Shown: positions 51,690-60,688 of the stretch, piece by piece
How positions within the stretch are numbered: position 1 is the stretch's first letter
How the letters are laid out: each line of letters starts with the position of its first letter
DNA from: Thermoanaerobaculia bacterium
Lineage (GTDB): Bacteria > Acidobacteriota > Thermoanaerobaculia > Multivoradales > UBA5704
Direction of reading: 5' to 3'
Length of the DNA stretch: 64,000 nucleotides
Assembly (NCBI GenBank): GCA_044226625.1
Contig: JBGAGQ010000002.1
Span: 96,001 to 160,000 of the forward strand
The notes under the pieces: generated by a model
What the model was told of the DNA's origin: nothing
Databases searched by the model: none
The model's input: the letters and a program-made list of their open reading frames with translations, nothing else
Made by a program: the position numbers and the translations under genes

Positions 51690-53314
51690 GCGCGGCCGGT
51701 GGTTTCGAGGTCCGAGAGACCGACGTCCTCGTGATCGGCACCGGGATCGCGGGTTTGACCGCGGCGCTCGGCTGCTCGCCGTTGCGCGTCGATCTGATCA
51801 CCAAATCGCGCTTCGGTGCGGGCGGTTCGAGCGCCTGGGCGCAGGGGGGCGTGGCGGTCGCCGTCGGCTCGGACGACGCCCCGGCGCTCCACGCCGCGGA
51901 CACGATCGCCGCGGGCGCGGGTCTGAACGATCCCGACGTGGTGGCGATTCTCACCTCCGAAGGCCCGCGGCGGGTCGAGGCGCTGCTCGCTCTCGGCGCG
52001 CGTTTCGATCGCGACGCCGGAGGGCGCCTCAGTCTCGGGCGCGAGGCGGCGCACAGCCGGCGGCGCATTCTCCACGCCCACGGCGACGCGACCGGCGCCG
52101 AGATGGTGCGGACGCTCTCTCAAGCGGTCGATCAGGCGCCCGAGGTCGACGTGTTCGAGCGGACGTTCGCAGTCGACCTGGCGGTGGTCGACGGCGAGGT
52201 CGCTGGAGTGTTCGCCGAGCATCCGGACGGACGCTTCGTGCTTCATGCCGCGCCGGCGATCGTGCTCGCGACCGGCGGGCTCGGGCGAATCTACTCCCGG
52301 ACCACGAACCCGATCGAATCGACCGGCGACGGCCTCGCCATGGCCGCGCGCGCCGGTGCCCGACTGGTCGACGTCGAGTTCGTCCAGTTTCATCCGACGG
52401 CGCTCGCGGCCGGGGCCGATCCCATGCCGCTGTTGACCGAGGCGCTGCGCGGCGAAGGGGCGATCCTGATCGACGACCGCGGGGAGCGTTTCATGCTGGC
52501 CGAGCACCAGGACGCCGAGCTCGCGCCTCGCGACGTGGTGGCACGGGCGATCTGGCGCCAGCTCGCATCCGGCCGCACGGTCTATCTCGATGCGACGAAG
52601 GCGGTAGGGGAGGCGTTTCCCGAGCGATTCCCCACGGTGTACGAGCTCTGTCGCAAACAGGGCCTGGATCCGCGGCGCGAGCCGATCGCGGTCTCGCCGG
52701 CCGCTCACTACCACATGGGTGGAATCGACGTGGACGCGTCGGGCCGAACGTCGCTCTCGGGACTCTGGGCCTGCGGCGAGGTCTCGGCGACGGGCGCGCA
52801 CGGCGCGAACCGCTTGGCGAGCAACTCCCTCCTCGAAGCCCTCGTCTTCGGCGCGCGCGTGGCGGAAGATCTGCGCCGCCCGCGCGTTGCGAGAACCCGT
52901 CGGCATCCTGGGCTCGATGCCCACGCCGCGACGGTCGACATTCCCCCGGGGATCGGCGAGACGCGAACCGCCGAGGTCGTCGCCGAGGTACGTCGCCTGA
53001 TGTGGGAAAAGGTGGGTCTGGTGCGCGACGAGGCTGGCTTGACCGCGGCGCTCGCTCGACTGGACGAGCTCGCCCTCTCGCTGCCGAATCTCGGCGGCGA
53101 GGCGCGAAACCTTCTGGCCGCTGGCCGGCTGGTCGCTGCCGCGGCGCTCGCCCGCCGCGAAAGCCGGGGGGGACACTATCGCAGCGACTATCCGGAGCCG
53201 GATCCGACCTGGCAGGTTCATCTCGCGACGACGCTGACGCTCGATGGGACCGTTCACGTCGAGGTCGAAGGGCCTCCAACCGCCGGCTTGCAAGCCGCGG
53301 GGAGCGTGCGTTGA
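51686..53314 (+). CDS. nadB: L-aspartate oxidase
   Basis: [66 protein letters not shown]. Confidence 0.96.
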   Translation: MSAAGGFEVRETDVLVIGTGIAGLTAALGCSPLRVDLITKSRFGAGGSSAWAQGGVAVAVGSDDAPALHAADTIAAGAGLNDPDVVAILTSEGPRRVEALLALGARFDRDAGGRLSLGREAAHSRRRILHAHGDATGAEMVRTLSQAVDQAPEVDVFERTFAVDLAVVDGEVAGVFAEHPDGRFVLHAAPAIVLATGGLGRIYSRTTNPIESTGDGLAMAARAGARLVDVEFVQFHPTALAAGADPMPLLTEALRGEGAILIDDRGERFMLAEHQDAELAPRDVVARAIWRQLASGRTVYLDATKAVGEAFPERFPTVYELCRKQGLDPRREPIAVSPAAHYHMGGIDVDASGRTSLSGLWACGEVSATGAHGANRLASNSLLEALVFGARVAEDLRRPRVARTRRHPGLDAHAATVDIPPGIGETRTAEVVAEVRRLMWEKVGLVRDEAGLTAALARLDELALSLPNLGGEARNLLAAGRLVAAAALARRESRGGHYRSDYPEPDPTWQVHLATTLTLDGTVHVEVEGPPTAGLQAAGSVR

Positions 53315-54174
53315 GCGGCGACGAGGGGAGGCTAGCCGCCGGTTTGGCGCCGCCCGAGCCCTACTTGCGGGCGCCGCTGCCGCCGCTGCTCTACGAGGGG
53401 CACGTCCGCGCCGCGCTGCTCGAAGACCTCGGACGTGCCGGCGATCTCACCAGCGACGCGGTCCTCCCGGGCGAGGCCCAGGCGGAGGCGCTGCTCGTCG
53501 CCCGCCGCGCGGGCCGGATCGCCGGACTCGCCGTCGGGCTCTCGGCGTTTCGTCTGTTCGACCCGAGCGTTTCGATCGAGATCTCGGGCACCGGCACCTG
53601 GGACGGAGCGGACGCCGAAGCCGGTACGACGCTCGCGATCGTCCGCGGCGCGGGGCGCTCGGTGCTCGCGGCCGAGAGAACCGCGCTCAATTACTTGGGC
53701 CACCTCTCGGGAATCGCGACGGCAACCCGCGATCTCGTGGCGCGGGTGGCGCCCTACGGTGCGCGGATCGCGGTCCGGATGGGGGGCGGAAGCAACCATC
53801 GCTTCGGCCTCGACGACGCGATCTTGATCAAGGACAACCATCGCGCTCTCGCCGGCGGAGTCCGGCCGGCGGTCGAGCGGGCGCGAGCGGCGATTGGCCA
53901 TCTGGTGAAGATCGAGGTCGAGGTGGAGACGCTCGATCAGCTCGACGAAGCGCTCGCCTGCCGAGTGGAAGCGGTGCTGCTCGACAACATGCCTCTACCT
54001 CTGTTGCGAGAGGCGGTCCAGCGCGCGAAGGGGCGTGCGATCACGGAGGCCTCGGGCGGCATCACCCCCGAGACGGCCGCCGAGGTCGCGTCGACCGGCG
54101 TCGATCTCCTGTCGATCGGCTGGATCACCCACAGCGCGCCGAACTTGGACGTCGCTCTCGACGTGACGATGTAG
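53311..54174 (+). pseudogene. nadC: Quinolinate phosphoribosyltransferase with an in-frame deletion of the TRKT motif region
   Basis: EDLGRAGDLT, ERTALN, SGIAT, then GARI|AVRMGGGSNHRFGL, IKDNH, LLDNM, EASGG; the xTRKTxPGxRxxEKY segment is missing at ~53770. Confidence 0.85.
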
Positions 54175-54180
54175 AAATCG

Positions 54181-55395
54181 CTACGGGCCGAACTCGCAGA
54201 GATCGTCGGCGCGAATCGCGCGGTGCGCGACCCAGTAGCCCCCGGCGTTCATCCGCACGCCCACCCAGGCCTGGGCGTGGGTGAGGTTGGCATGCCAGAG
54301 GTCGAGCATGGCCCAGCCGGACGGCGCGTCGGTCGGAAGGGACGCGCCGCCGATGGCGACCTTCTGCACGGCGTTCGGAAAGGCATTGCTCGTGCCGATC
54401 GAGAGGGGGTTCTCCTCCTCGTCGAAGAAAGCGATCTGCGCTTCGCCCAGAGGAGACCATCGAGGTGTGGTGCCGCAAGGCCGCGGCGCGGGGGCAGCCT
54501 CCCGCGTATCCCGCCAGACGACGAGCTCCGTACCGCCGCCGAAACGGCCGGCGTCGAGGCTCCGCGCCTGGAACAGTCCGGACAGCGGCGCCCGGTCGTC
54601 GCGGGTGTCGAAACCGACGTAGCGTCCGTAGAACGTGTAATCCCCGGGGCGGAAGAAGGTCGGGTCGGCGACGATCGAAACGGCGTTTTCGCTCGAGGCG
54701 TAACCGTGGGCACGGTCGACCTCGATCGAATCTCCCCAGAGGACGTTGGCGTCGGCCGCGAGCCCGCGTCCGCCCGCGGAGAAGTAGAGCGGATCGACCG
54801 GCGTGTTTTTCGACGCGAGGACAGAGGGTGGGGAGCAGCGGTTCACCACGTCGACGGTCACGTAGCCGATCGCCACGCCGTCCCCAGGGCTCGCCGCGCA
54901 GGTCGGCGGTTCTGTGAGCGGGATCGGGCGGCCGGTGTGTGCAGCGACCAGGCGGGCGACGTCGATCTCACCGAGATTTGCGGCGTCGAGCTCCTGGCAC
55001 CCCTCTCCGAGCGGCGTATCGCGGGAGAACGGTCCCTTGGGGCTCACACCGGGGCCCGTTTGCGGGAGTTGTCCCTGGAAGAGATCGCGCAGGTTGATGG
55101 ACTGTACGTCGAAGCCGGTGAGGTAGATGTCGAAAGCGAGGGTTGGCACCCCCCAATCCGTCCAGAGCACGACCCGCGCCTGCGCAGCGGAGGAGAACGC
55201 GTTGCCGATCGTGAGCAGCGTGGACGCCCCGTCCGGATGGGCGAGATCGACCCGGAAATAGGGGAAGAGGAGGGTTGCGGCCGGCTGGTCGTCCAACCGG
55301 CAATTGCCGGAATCGAGGACGCCGCCGAAGCTCGGCCGGGCGACCGAAACGCCGGTCGCGAAAACGCAGAGCGCGAAAACGCGAAGAGATCTCAT
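54181..55395 (-). CDS. Secreted Cys-containing hypothetical protein (PAATLLxPYF motif)
   Basis: Signal peptide; CRLDDQPAATLLFPYFRVDL, LWTDWGVPTL, GYVTVDVV..C, NVLWGD. Confidence 0.75.
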   Translation of the reverse strand: MRSLRVFALCVFATGVSVARPSFGGVLDSGNCRLDDQPAATLLFPYFRVDLAHPDGASTLLTIGNAFSSAAQARVVLWTDWGVPTLAFDIYLTGFDVQSINLRDLFQGQLPQTGPGVSPKGPFSRDTPLGEGCQELDAANLGEIDVARLVAAHTGRPIPLTEPPTCAASPGDGVAIGYVTVDVVNRCSPPSVLASKNTPVDPLYFSAGGRGLAADANVLWGDSIEVDRAHGYASSENAVSIVADPTFFRPGDYTFYGRYVGFDTRDDRAPLSGLFQARSLDAGRFGGGTELVVWRDTREAAPAPRPCGTTPRWSPLGEAQIAFFDEEENPLSIGTSNAFPNAVQKVAIGGASLPTDAPSGWAMLDLWHANLTHAQAWVGVRMNAGGYWVAHRAIRADDLCEFGP

Positions 55396-55449
55396 TCGGG
55401 CTGTCGGGGGCGGGATGGGTCGGGCAAGTCCGGATAGAGTAGAGGACTT

Positions 55450-56248
55450 ATGAGCGAGACTCTAGTTCAAATCGGCGGTTCGCTGCGAACCGGGGTGGAA
55501 TCCCGGGGACGGCAAGGTCGGCCAGAGTGGTTGCGCATCCGCTTGGCGGGGCGACGTATGTACCAGGCGCTGCGGATTCTGCGCCGTTACATCGGGACGC
55601 CCGTCTTCGGGCGTGGACGCAGAAGAGCCGGATCACGTCGCCGAGGCGATCGAGGTCATGGGGCTCCGACACTCCGTAATCACCTCCGTCGACCGGGACG
55701 ACCTTCCGGACGGGGGAGCGAGACATTTTGCCGCGGTCATTACGGCGATCCACCGAAGGACGCCCGGTGTGGCGGTAGAGGTTCTTACCCCCGATTTTCG
55801 CGGTGTGCCGGACGCCTTGGACGTCGTGCTCGCCGGCAAGCCGCAAGTCTTTTCGCACAACATGGAGACGGTACCGCGCCTCTACCGTAAGGCGCGTCCG
55901 GGCAGCCGGTACGACCGCTCGCTTGGGCTGCTCGCCGACGCGGCGGACCGGAAAGCCGCGGGGCGCTTCGGGGGATCGATCAAGACCGGCATCATGCTCG
56001 GACTGGGGGAGGATCGAGCCGAGATCGAGGCGACGCTTCGAGACATCCGCTCGGCCGGCGTCGAGGTCATGACTCTCGGCCAATACCTCCAGCCGACTAC
56101 CAAGCACCTGCCGGTCGACCGGTGGGTGACTCCCGAGGAATTTGCCGAGCACCGCCAATTCGCGCTTTCGCTCGGGTTCGGTCACTGCGAATCGGGGCCC
56201 CTGGTTCGGAGCAGCTACCACGCTCACGAGCACGTCGTCGCCGTCTAG
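55450..56248 (+). pseudogene. lipA: Lipoyl synthase with an internal frameshifting deletion near 55549
   Basis: RPEWLRIRLA, then a frame switch to GDVCTRRCGFCAV..ITSVDRDDL..HNMETV..GQYLQP..GPLVRSSYHA; the auxiliary-cluster CxxxxCxxxxxC motif is absent. Confidence 0.88.
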
Positions 56249-56435
56249 ACGTCTCCCGAGAGTCGGTCTCGCCGAGCGCTCAAAACCACGTCCGCCCGGC
56301 GATGTCACGTTCCAAGGGCGGTGCGCACCCAACTAAATGAACTCGCGGTGCGGAGCTTCCTCTCTCCGGTGGGGCCTTCGGGACCCTAGCCGTCTGGGAA
56401 GAGGTGTCGTCTCCGGCGGGTTCCTTGGGGCCGTC

Positions 56436-57398
56436 ATGACGCTTTTACCCATCGAAATCTCTCTTCGAGCTCCACTTCGCCCTCCGGTTCGTCCCTCGTT
56501 GCGCGATGTCGGCGTGCCGACGGATTTTCTCGGTTCGAGCCTCGCGATCCGCCGGCTGGTCGACCACTTGGATCTCGCGAGCCGAGGTCTCGATCCGGTC
56601 TTGATCTGCGGCGAGACCGGTTCGGGAAAGAGCCTTGCGGCGCGCATGCTGTATGAGCTGTGCGGTGCGGATTCCGGTTGGGCCGCGATCTCCGCCGACG
56701 CCTTCGACGAGCGGCTCTGCTCGCGCCTGATGAGCGACCGCCGGGACCTGCCCCCGTCGCTCCTGGCGATCGAGGAGGTGGGCGACCTGTCGGGCGCCGC
56801 GCAACGTCGGTTGCTCCGTCTGCTCTCTTCCCGGGGGCCGCGGGTGATCGCCACGACCAGCCGAGATCTGCATCTCGAGGTACGCCGCGGTCTCTTCCTG
56901 CGCTCCCTCCTCGGCCGCCTGTCGAGCTTCGAGGTCGCCGTGCCGGCCTTGAGGGAGCGGCTGGAGGACCTGCCGGTCTTGGTGGAGCGGATCCTCGTCG
57001 AGCTGTCCACCCGGTATCGCAAAGGGGTTCGGGGGATGAGCGCCGAGGCGATCGACCTACTTCTCGGACACCCCTGGAACGGGAATCTCCGGGAGCTGCG
57101 GCATGAGCTGGCGAGCGCGCTCCTCTTGACGCCCGCCGGAGAGGAGATCCGGCCCTCCGCGCTGTCGCCGGACCTCCACGCCTCGGCGCGCACAGGGCGG
57201 TCGACCTCGAGTCTGCGGCAGCGAGCGCGGGAGATCGAGCGAAGCCTCCTCGCGCGCGTCCTGGACACCAACGGCTGGAATGTCTCGGCCGCGGCGCGAG
57301 AGCTCAAGATCAGCCGAGTGGGGCTCTCGAAGAAACTGCGCGTGCTCGAAATGAAGCGTCCGAAGAGCGCGCCGTCGCTCCCCCTGCGACACGCCTGA
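56436..57398 (+). CDS. Degenerate sigma54-activator-like AAA+ protein with Fis HTH, lacking GAFTGA and a sensor domain
   Basis: GETGSGKS, IEEVGDL, RVIATT, PALRERLED, HPWNGNLREL, WNVSAAARELKISRVGL. Confidence 0.8.
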   Translation: MTLLPIEISLRAPLRPPVRPSLRDVGVPTDFLGSSLAIRRLVDHLDLASRGLDPVLICGETGSGKSLAARMLYELCGADSGWAAISADAFDERLCSRLMSDRRDLPPSLLAIEEVGDLSGAAQRRLLRLLSSRGPRVIATTSRDLHLEVRRGLFLRSLLGRLSSFEVAVPALRERLEDLPVLVERILVELSTRYRKGVRGMSAEAIDLLLGHPWNGNLRELRHELASALLLTPAGEEIRPSALSPDLHASARTGRSTSSLRQRAREIERSLLARVLDTNGWNVSAAARELKISRVGLSKKLRVLEMKRPKSAPSLPLRHA

Positions 57399-57461
57399 GC
57401 GGAATGCGAGAGGCCCCGCCGTAGTCGGCGCGGCCCCAAGGGAATACGGGGTTCCGCATCC

Positions 57462-57490
57462 TAGACAGACCTGCGGCACGATGGTACCCT
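57462..57490 (+). promoter_or_regulatory. Putative promoter of ECF sigma 1
   Basis: TAGACA-17 nt-TACCCT with TGn extended -10. Confidence 0.5.
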
Positions 57491-57521
57491 TCGAATAGCT
57501 CATTCGAGGGTCGCGGCAGCA

Positions 57522-58055
57522 ATGACTTACCTCCAACAACCCGAGCTTCAAGACAGCTTGAACCAGCTCCTGCTCGCGTCGCGGCCACGGCTGGAGCGCG
57601 TCCTTCGGCATTTCGAAATCCCGCCCGAGGACGCCGAGGACATCCTTCAAGACGCGCAGCTGACGCTGCTCTACAAGTGGGAGCAGATCCGTAGCCCGGA
57701 GAGTTGGTTGGTCGGTACTCTCAAGAAAAAGTGCATCATGTATTGGCGCAAGCGCCGGTCGAGCCTCTGCGATGCGGTGGACACCGCCATCCTCGACTTG
57801 GTCGCCACGCCGATCTCTCCGGATCAGGAGAAGGCCGAGCTCAGCTTCGACCTCAACCGGGTGCTGGGCAACCTGTCGGCGCGATGCCGGTCGCTGCTCA
57901 AGCTGCGTTACGGTCTTGGATATGGCCCGAGCGAGGTCGCCGAGCAGATGGGGTACCGGCTTTCGAGCATTCGAAAGGTGACCAACCGATGTCTCGCGGC
58001 GCTCACGCGGCAGCTCGTGGCCGTCGGGTTCAGCCAGGAGCAGACCGATGATTGA
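57522..58055 (+). CDS. ECF-type sigma-70 factor (paralog 1)
   Basis: 177 aa; DAEDILQD, ESWL (region 2); LSARCRSLLKLRY..EVAEQMG (region 4 HTH). Confidence 0.88.
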   Translation: MTYLQQPELQDSLNQLLLASRPRLERVLRHFEIPPEDAEDILQDAQLTLLYKWEQIRSPESWLVGTLKKKCIMYWRKRRSSLCDAVDTAILDLVATPISPDQEKAELSFDLNRVLGNLSARCRSLLKLRYGLGYGPSEVAEQMGYRLSSIRKVTNRCLAALTRQLVAVGFSQEQTDD

Positions 58056-59394
58056 GCGCCACCCTTCGAACGAGCAGCTGGTGAGCTTTGGCCGCGCCAG
58101 GCTCTCGCGCCCTCAGAACCGCGAGGTGGTGCGCCATCTACTGTCCGGTTGTCGCCGCTGTGCCCGCTCTCTTGCGGCCGCATTGCCTCCGGTATTTTCC
58201 GTGGGACGCTCGGAGGTCGCGCCGGCGAATTACGACGGCGCGTTCGACAAGGCGCGCATGGCGTTTCTCGGCGCGCGAGCTGATTTCGAAGTCGAACGAC
58301 GTGAGACTCCGGAGCTCCTGTGTGAGCTCGAGGCGCATCCTTTCGAGCGTCAGCTTCTCCTGCTTACGAACAGCCAGAGATTTTGGACTTGGTCGCTCGC
58401 GTGCGCGCTGCTCGATCGCGCGCAGGACCTCGGGTTCAAGGATCCCGGGCGTAGCCTCGACTTCGCTAAGCTCGGCGTTCGGCTCTCGGAGCACCTGTCC
58501 GTCGGCGCCTATGGTGATGCCCGGGTCGCAGATCTTCGCGCCCGCGCCTGGGGGGTGCTCGCCAATGCTCAGCGGATCGGTTCGGACCTTCGAGCTTCCG
58601 GCCAGAGCTTCCTCCGGGCCGAGCGTTCCCTCAAGAGGGGAACCGGGGATCCCGTCGAGAAGGCGCGTTTACTGCTGTTGAAGGCTTCGCTGTTTGCGGA
58701 CCAGCGCCGTTTTCCCGAAGCGATCAAGACGCTCGATCGTGTCGTCGCGATGGCTCACCGGGTCGAAGACGCGCCGCTGATCGCAAGCGCGGCGGTGAAG
58801 AAGGGAATCGTGCTTGGGACGTCCGGCAGGACGGACGAAGCGATCGAGTGCTTGCGAGAGGGCATCCGCGGGATTGATCCTCGCTCGGATCGGCGGCTTT
58901 TCGTGGCCGCGCACCACAACCTGATCGTATACCTGATCGAAGGGGGGCGGTTGGACGAGGCCGTGGCCCTCCTCGAGGCGACGCGTCCGCTCTACGAGGG
59001 CCTCGGCGATCGCATGAACTTGCTTCGTCTCCGCTGGTTGGAGGCGAAGGTCGCCCAGAATCAGGGTCGACTGACGGAGGCGGAAGCTTTGCTCCGTTCC
59101 GTCGGCGCAGAGCTGGCGGAGCTCGGCCTCGGCTACGACTCTGCTCTGCTCGGATTGGACCTTGCCGGCGTCTACGCGCGCCAAGGGCGAACCGAAGAAA
59201 TGCGTACGCTCGCGGCCGAGATGTTGCCCAGCTTCCAGTCGCGCGAGGTGCATCGCGAGGCGCTCGCCGCGTTGATCGTCTTCCAGAAAGCGGCGAAGAT
59301 GGACCGGGTCACCTTGGGACTGGTGCAGGAGCTTTCTGACTATCTTCGCCAGTGCCGCAAGGATCCCGGGGTCCGCCTCCGCGATTCTCTTTGA
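58048..59394 (+). CDS. Zinc-finger (anti-sigma-like) + TPR protein 1
   Basis: HPS..RHLLSGCRRC N-terminus, TPR-like helices, no TM segment; overlaps sigma 1 by 8 nt. Confidence 0.8.
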   Translation: MIERHPSNEQLVSFGRARLSRPQNREVVRHLLSGCRRCARSLAAALPPVFSVGRSEVAPANYDGAFDKARMAFLGARADFEVERRETPELLCELEAHPFERQLLLLTNSQRFWTWSLACALLDRAQDLGFKDPGRSLDFAKLGVRLSEHLSVGAYGDARVADLRARAWGVLANAQRIGSDLRASGQSFLRAERSLKRGTGDPVEKARLLLLKASLFADQRRFPEAIKTLDRVVAMAHRVEDAPLIASAAVKKGIVLGTSGRTDEAIECLREGIRGIDPRSDRRLFVAAHHNLIVYLIEGGRLDEAVALLEATRPLYEGLGDRMNLLRLRWLEAKVAQNQGRLTEAEALLRSVGAELAELGLGYDSALLGLDLAGVYARQGRTEEMRTLAAEMLPSFQSREVHREALAALIVFQKAAKMDRVTLGLVQELSDYLRQCRKDPGVRLRDSL

Positions 59395-59540
59395 TCGACT
59401 CGTCTCGCCAGTTCTTCTCCAAAGTTCCTTCGCGCACTCCCCGGAGAATCGCGGCGCGCCCTTCCGGCCGGAAGATGCGTGGCGGTCCGACGTACGTTTG
59501 AGACTCTCGGGAATCCCCGGGAGAGGCCCGTCCGATCGCC

Positions 59541-59569
59541 TAGACAAAATGCCCCCCTCCTGATAATGT
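59541..59569 (+). promoter_or_regulatory. Putative promoter of ECF sigma 2
   Basis: TAGACA-17 nt-TAATGT with TGn extended -10. Confidence 0.5.
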
Positions 59570-59598
59570 AACTTTGGTTTACACGCTGTACCTACGCA

Positions 59599-60144
59599 AT
59601 GTCCGGCTCCGAACTCGACTCGCGGTCCGAGGCCGCATTCGAAGAACTCATCGACAAGGTCCGCCCGCGCCTTCGGAAGATTCTCTCCCGCTATCGGATT
59701 CCTCCTCAGGACGCCGATGACCTTATCCAGGAAACCTTCCTGATACTGGTCACCAAATGGGGTAGCGTCTCCAACCCCGAGGCCTGGGTTCTTGCAACTC
59801 TTGCCAACCGTTGCATCATCTACTGGCGCAAGAGTCGGTCTCGCCTTTGGGATCTGGTCGATGGAGTGGTATTGGAGCTCCTGGCAGACGTCCAGCCCTC
59901 CTTACAAGAGGGCATCGACCTGCGCGTCGACCTCCAGGCGCTGGTGGCCAATCTGCCCGACCGGTGCCGAAATCTGCTGCGCCTACGCTACCAGCTCGGA
60001 TGCTCGGCCGCCGAGACCGCCGAACGCACCGGGTATTGTCGCTCGAGCATCCGGAAGGTCACCCGACGTTGTATTTCTGCGCTCGCTTCGCAACTTCTGG
60101 CGCAGCCGCTGGCAGCAACCGTCGAGCTCGGCTCCGAGACCTGA
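59599..60144 (+). CDS. ECF-type sigma-70 factor (paralog 2)
   Basis: RPRL..YRIPPQDADDLIQE, NPEAW, LPDRCRNLLRLRY, SSIRKVTRRC. Confidence 0.87.
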   Translation: MSGSELDSRSEAAFEELIDKVRPRLRKILSRYRIPPQDADDLIQETFLILVTKWGSVSNPEAWVLATLANRCIIYWRKSRSRLWDLVDGVVLELLADVQPSLQEGIDLRVDLQALVANLPDRCRNLLRLRYQLGCSAAETAERTGYCRSSIRKVTRRCISALASQLLAQPLAATVELGSET

Positions 60145-60268
60145 AGAATCGGTCTTTTCGGACCTTTTCGTCACGATTCGCGGCGAAATGTCCCTCTCGA
60201 GCCCCCGAACGGTAACCTAGGTCTTAGAGATCTTTGCGGGCTAATCCGCATTTCCCAAGGAGAACACC

Positions 60269-60562
60269 ATGTCCCGACGTATCGCCCCCTTCGTCACCGC
60301 GCTGGCCCTCGTCTCGACCCTCGCCGTCCCTGCGGTCTCCCAGGCCCAGGCCGCCGCGGGTGTGCGCGAAATCGCCATCGAGTCGTCCTGGCTTTCCGGC
60401 TTGTGGAACCAGCTGATCGACCGCTTGGCGCCTATCGGTGACGCTCTGGGACTGGGTGGCAGGAGACTTGCTTCGCAAACCGGCATCGAACCGATCGCTC
60501 CGAAATCGGAGGCTGGGATCCAAATCGATGCAGACGGAAGGACGGCTCCAGCGAGCAACTAG
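60269..60562 (+). CDS. Small secreted protein / putative signalling pro-peptide (97 aa)
   Basis: Strong AAGGAG SD, Sec signal (MSRR + hydrophobic + AQA), Trp helix WLSGLWNQL, C-terminal GIQIDADG. Confidence 0.75.
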   Translation: MSRRIAPFVTALALVSTLAVPAVSQAQAAAGVREIAIESSWLSGLWNQLIDRLAPIGDALGLGGRRLASQTGIEPIAPKSEAGIQIDADGRTAPASN

Positions 60563-60626
60563 CCGAAAGGCTGGCCTGCCAGCGCCGCGTCGCGCGCGGT
60601 TACGCTCCAAATCCCGGTGTCTCGCC

Positions 60627-60659
60627 TGGACTTTGGCACGGGAAAGGTGTACCTTTCCC
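60627..60659 (+). promoter_or_regulatory. Putative promoter of ECF sigma 3 with overlapping palindromic operator
   Basis: TGGACT-17 nt-TACCTT; GGGAAAGGT-gt-ACCTTTCCC at 60640-60659. Confidence 0.55.
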
Positions 60660-60688
60660 CAGAGTCAGAAATTTGGTGAGCGCTGTCG

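Noticed and set aside
60180-60230. ECF-type promoter upstream of the small secreted ORF
   Set aside because: Candidate GAAAT/CGGTAA elements exist, but I found no second copy in the window to define a consensus
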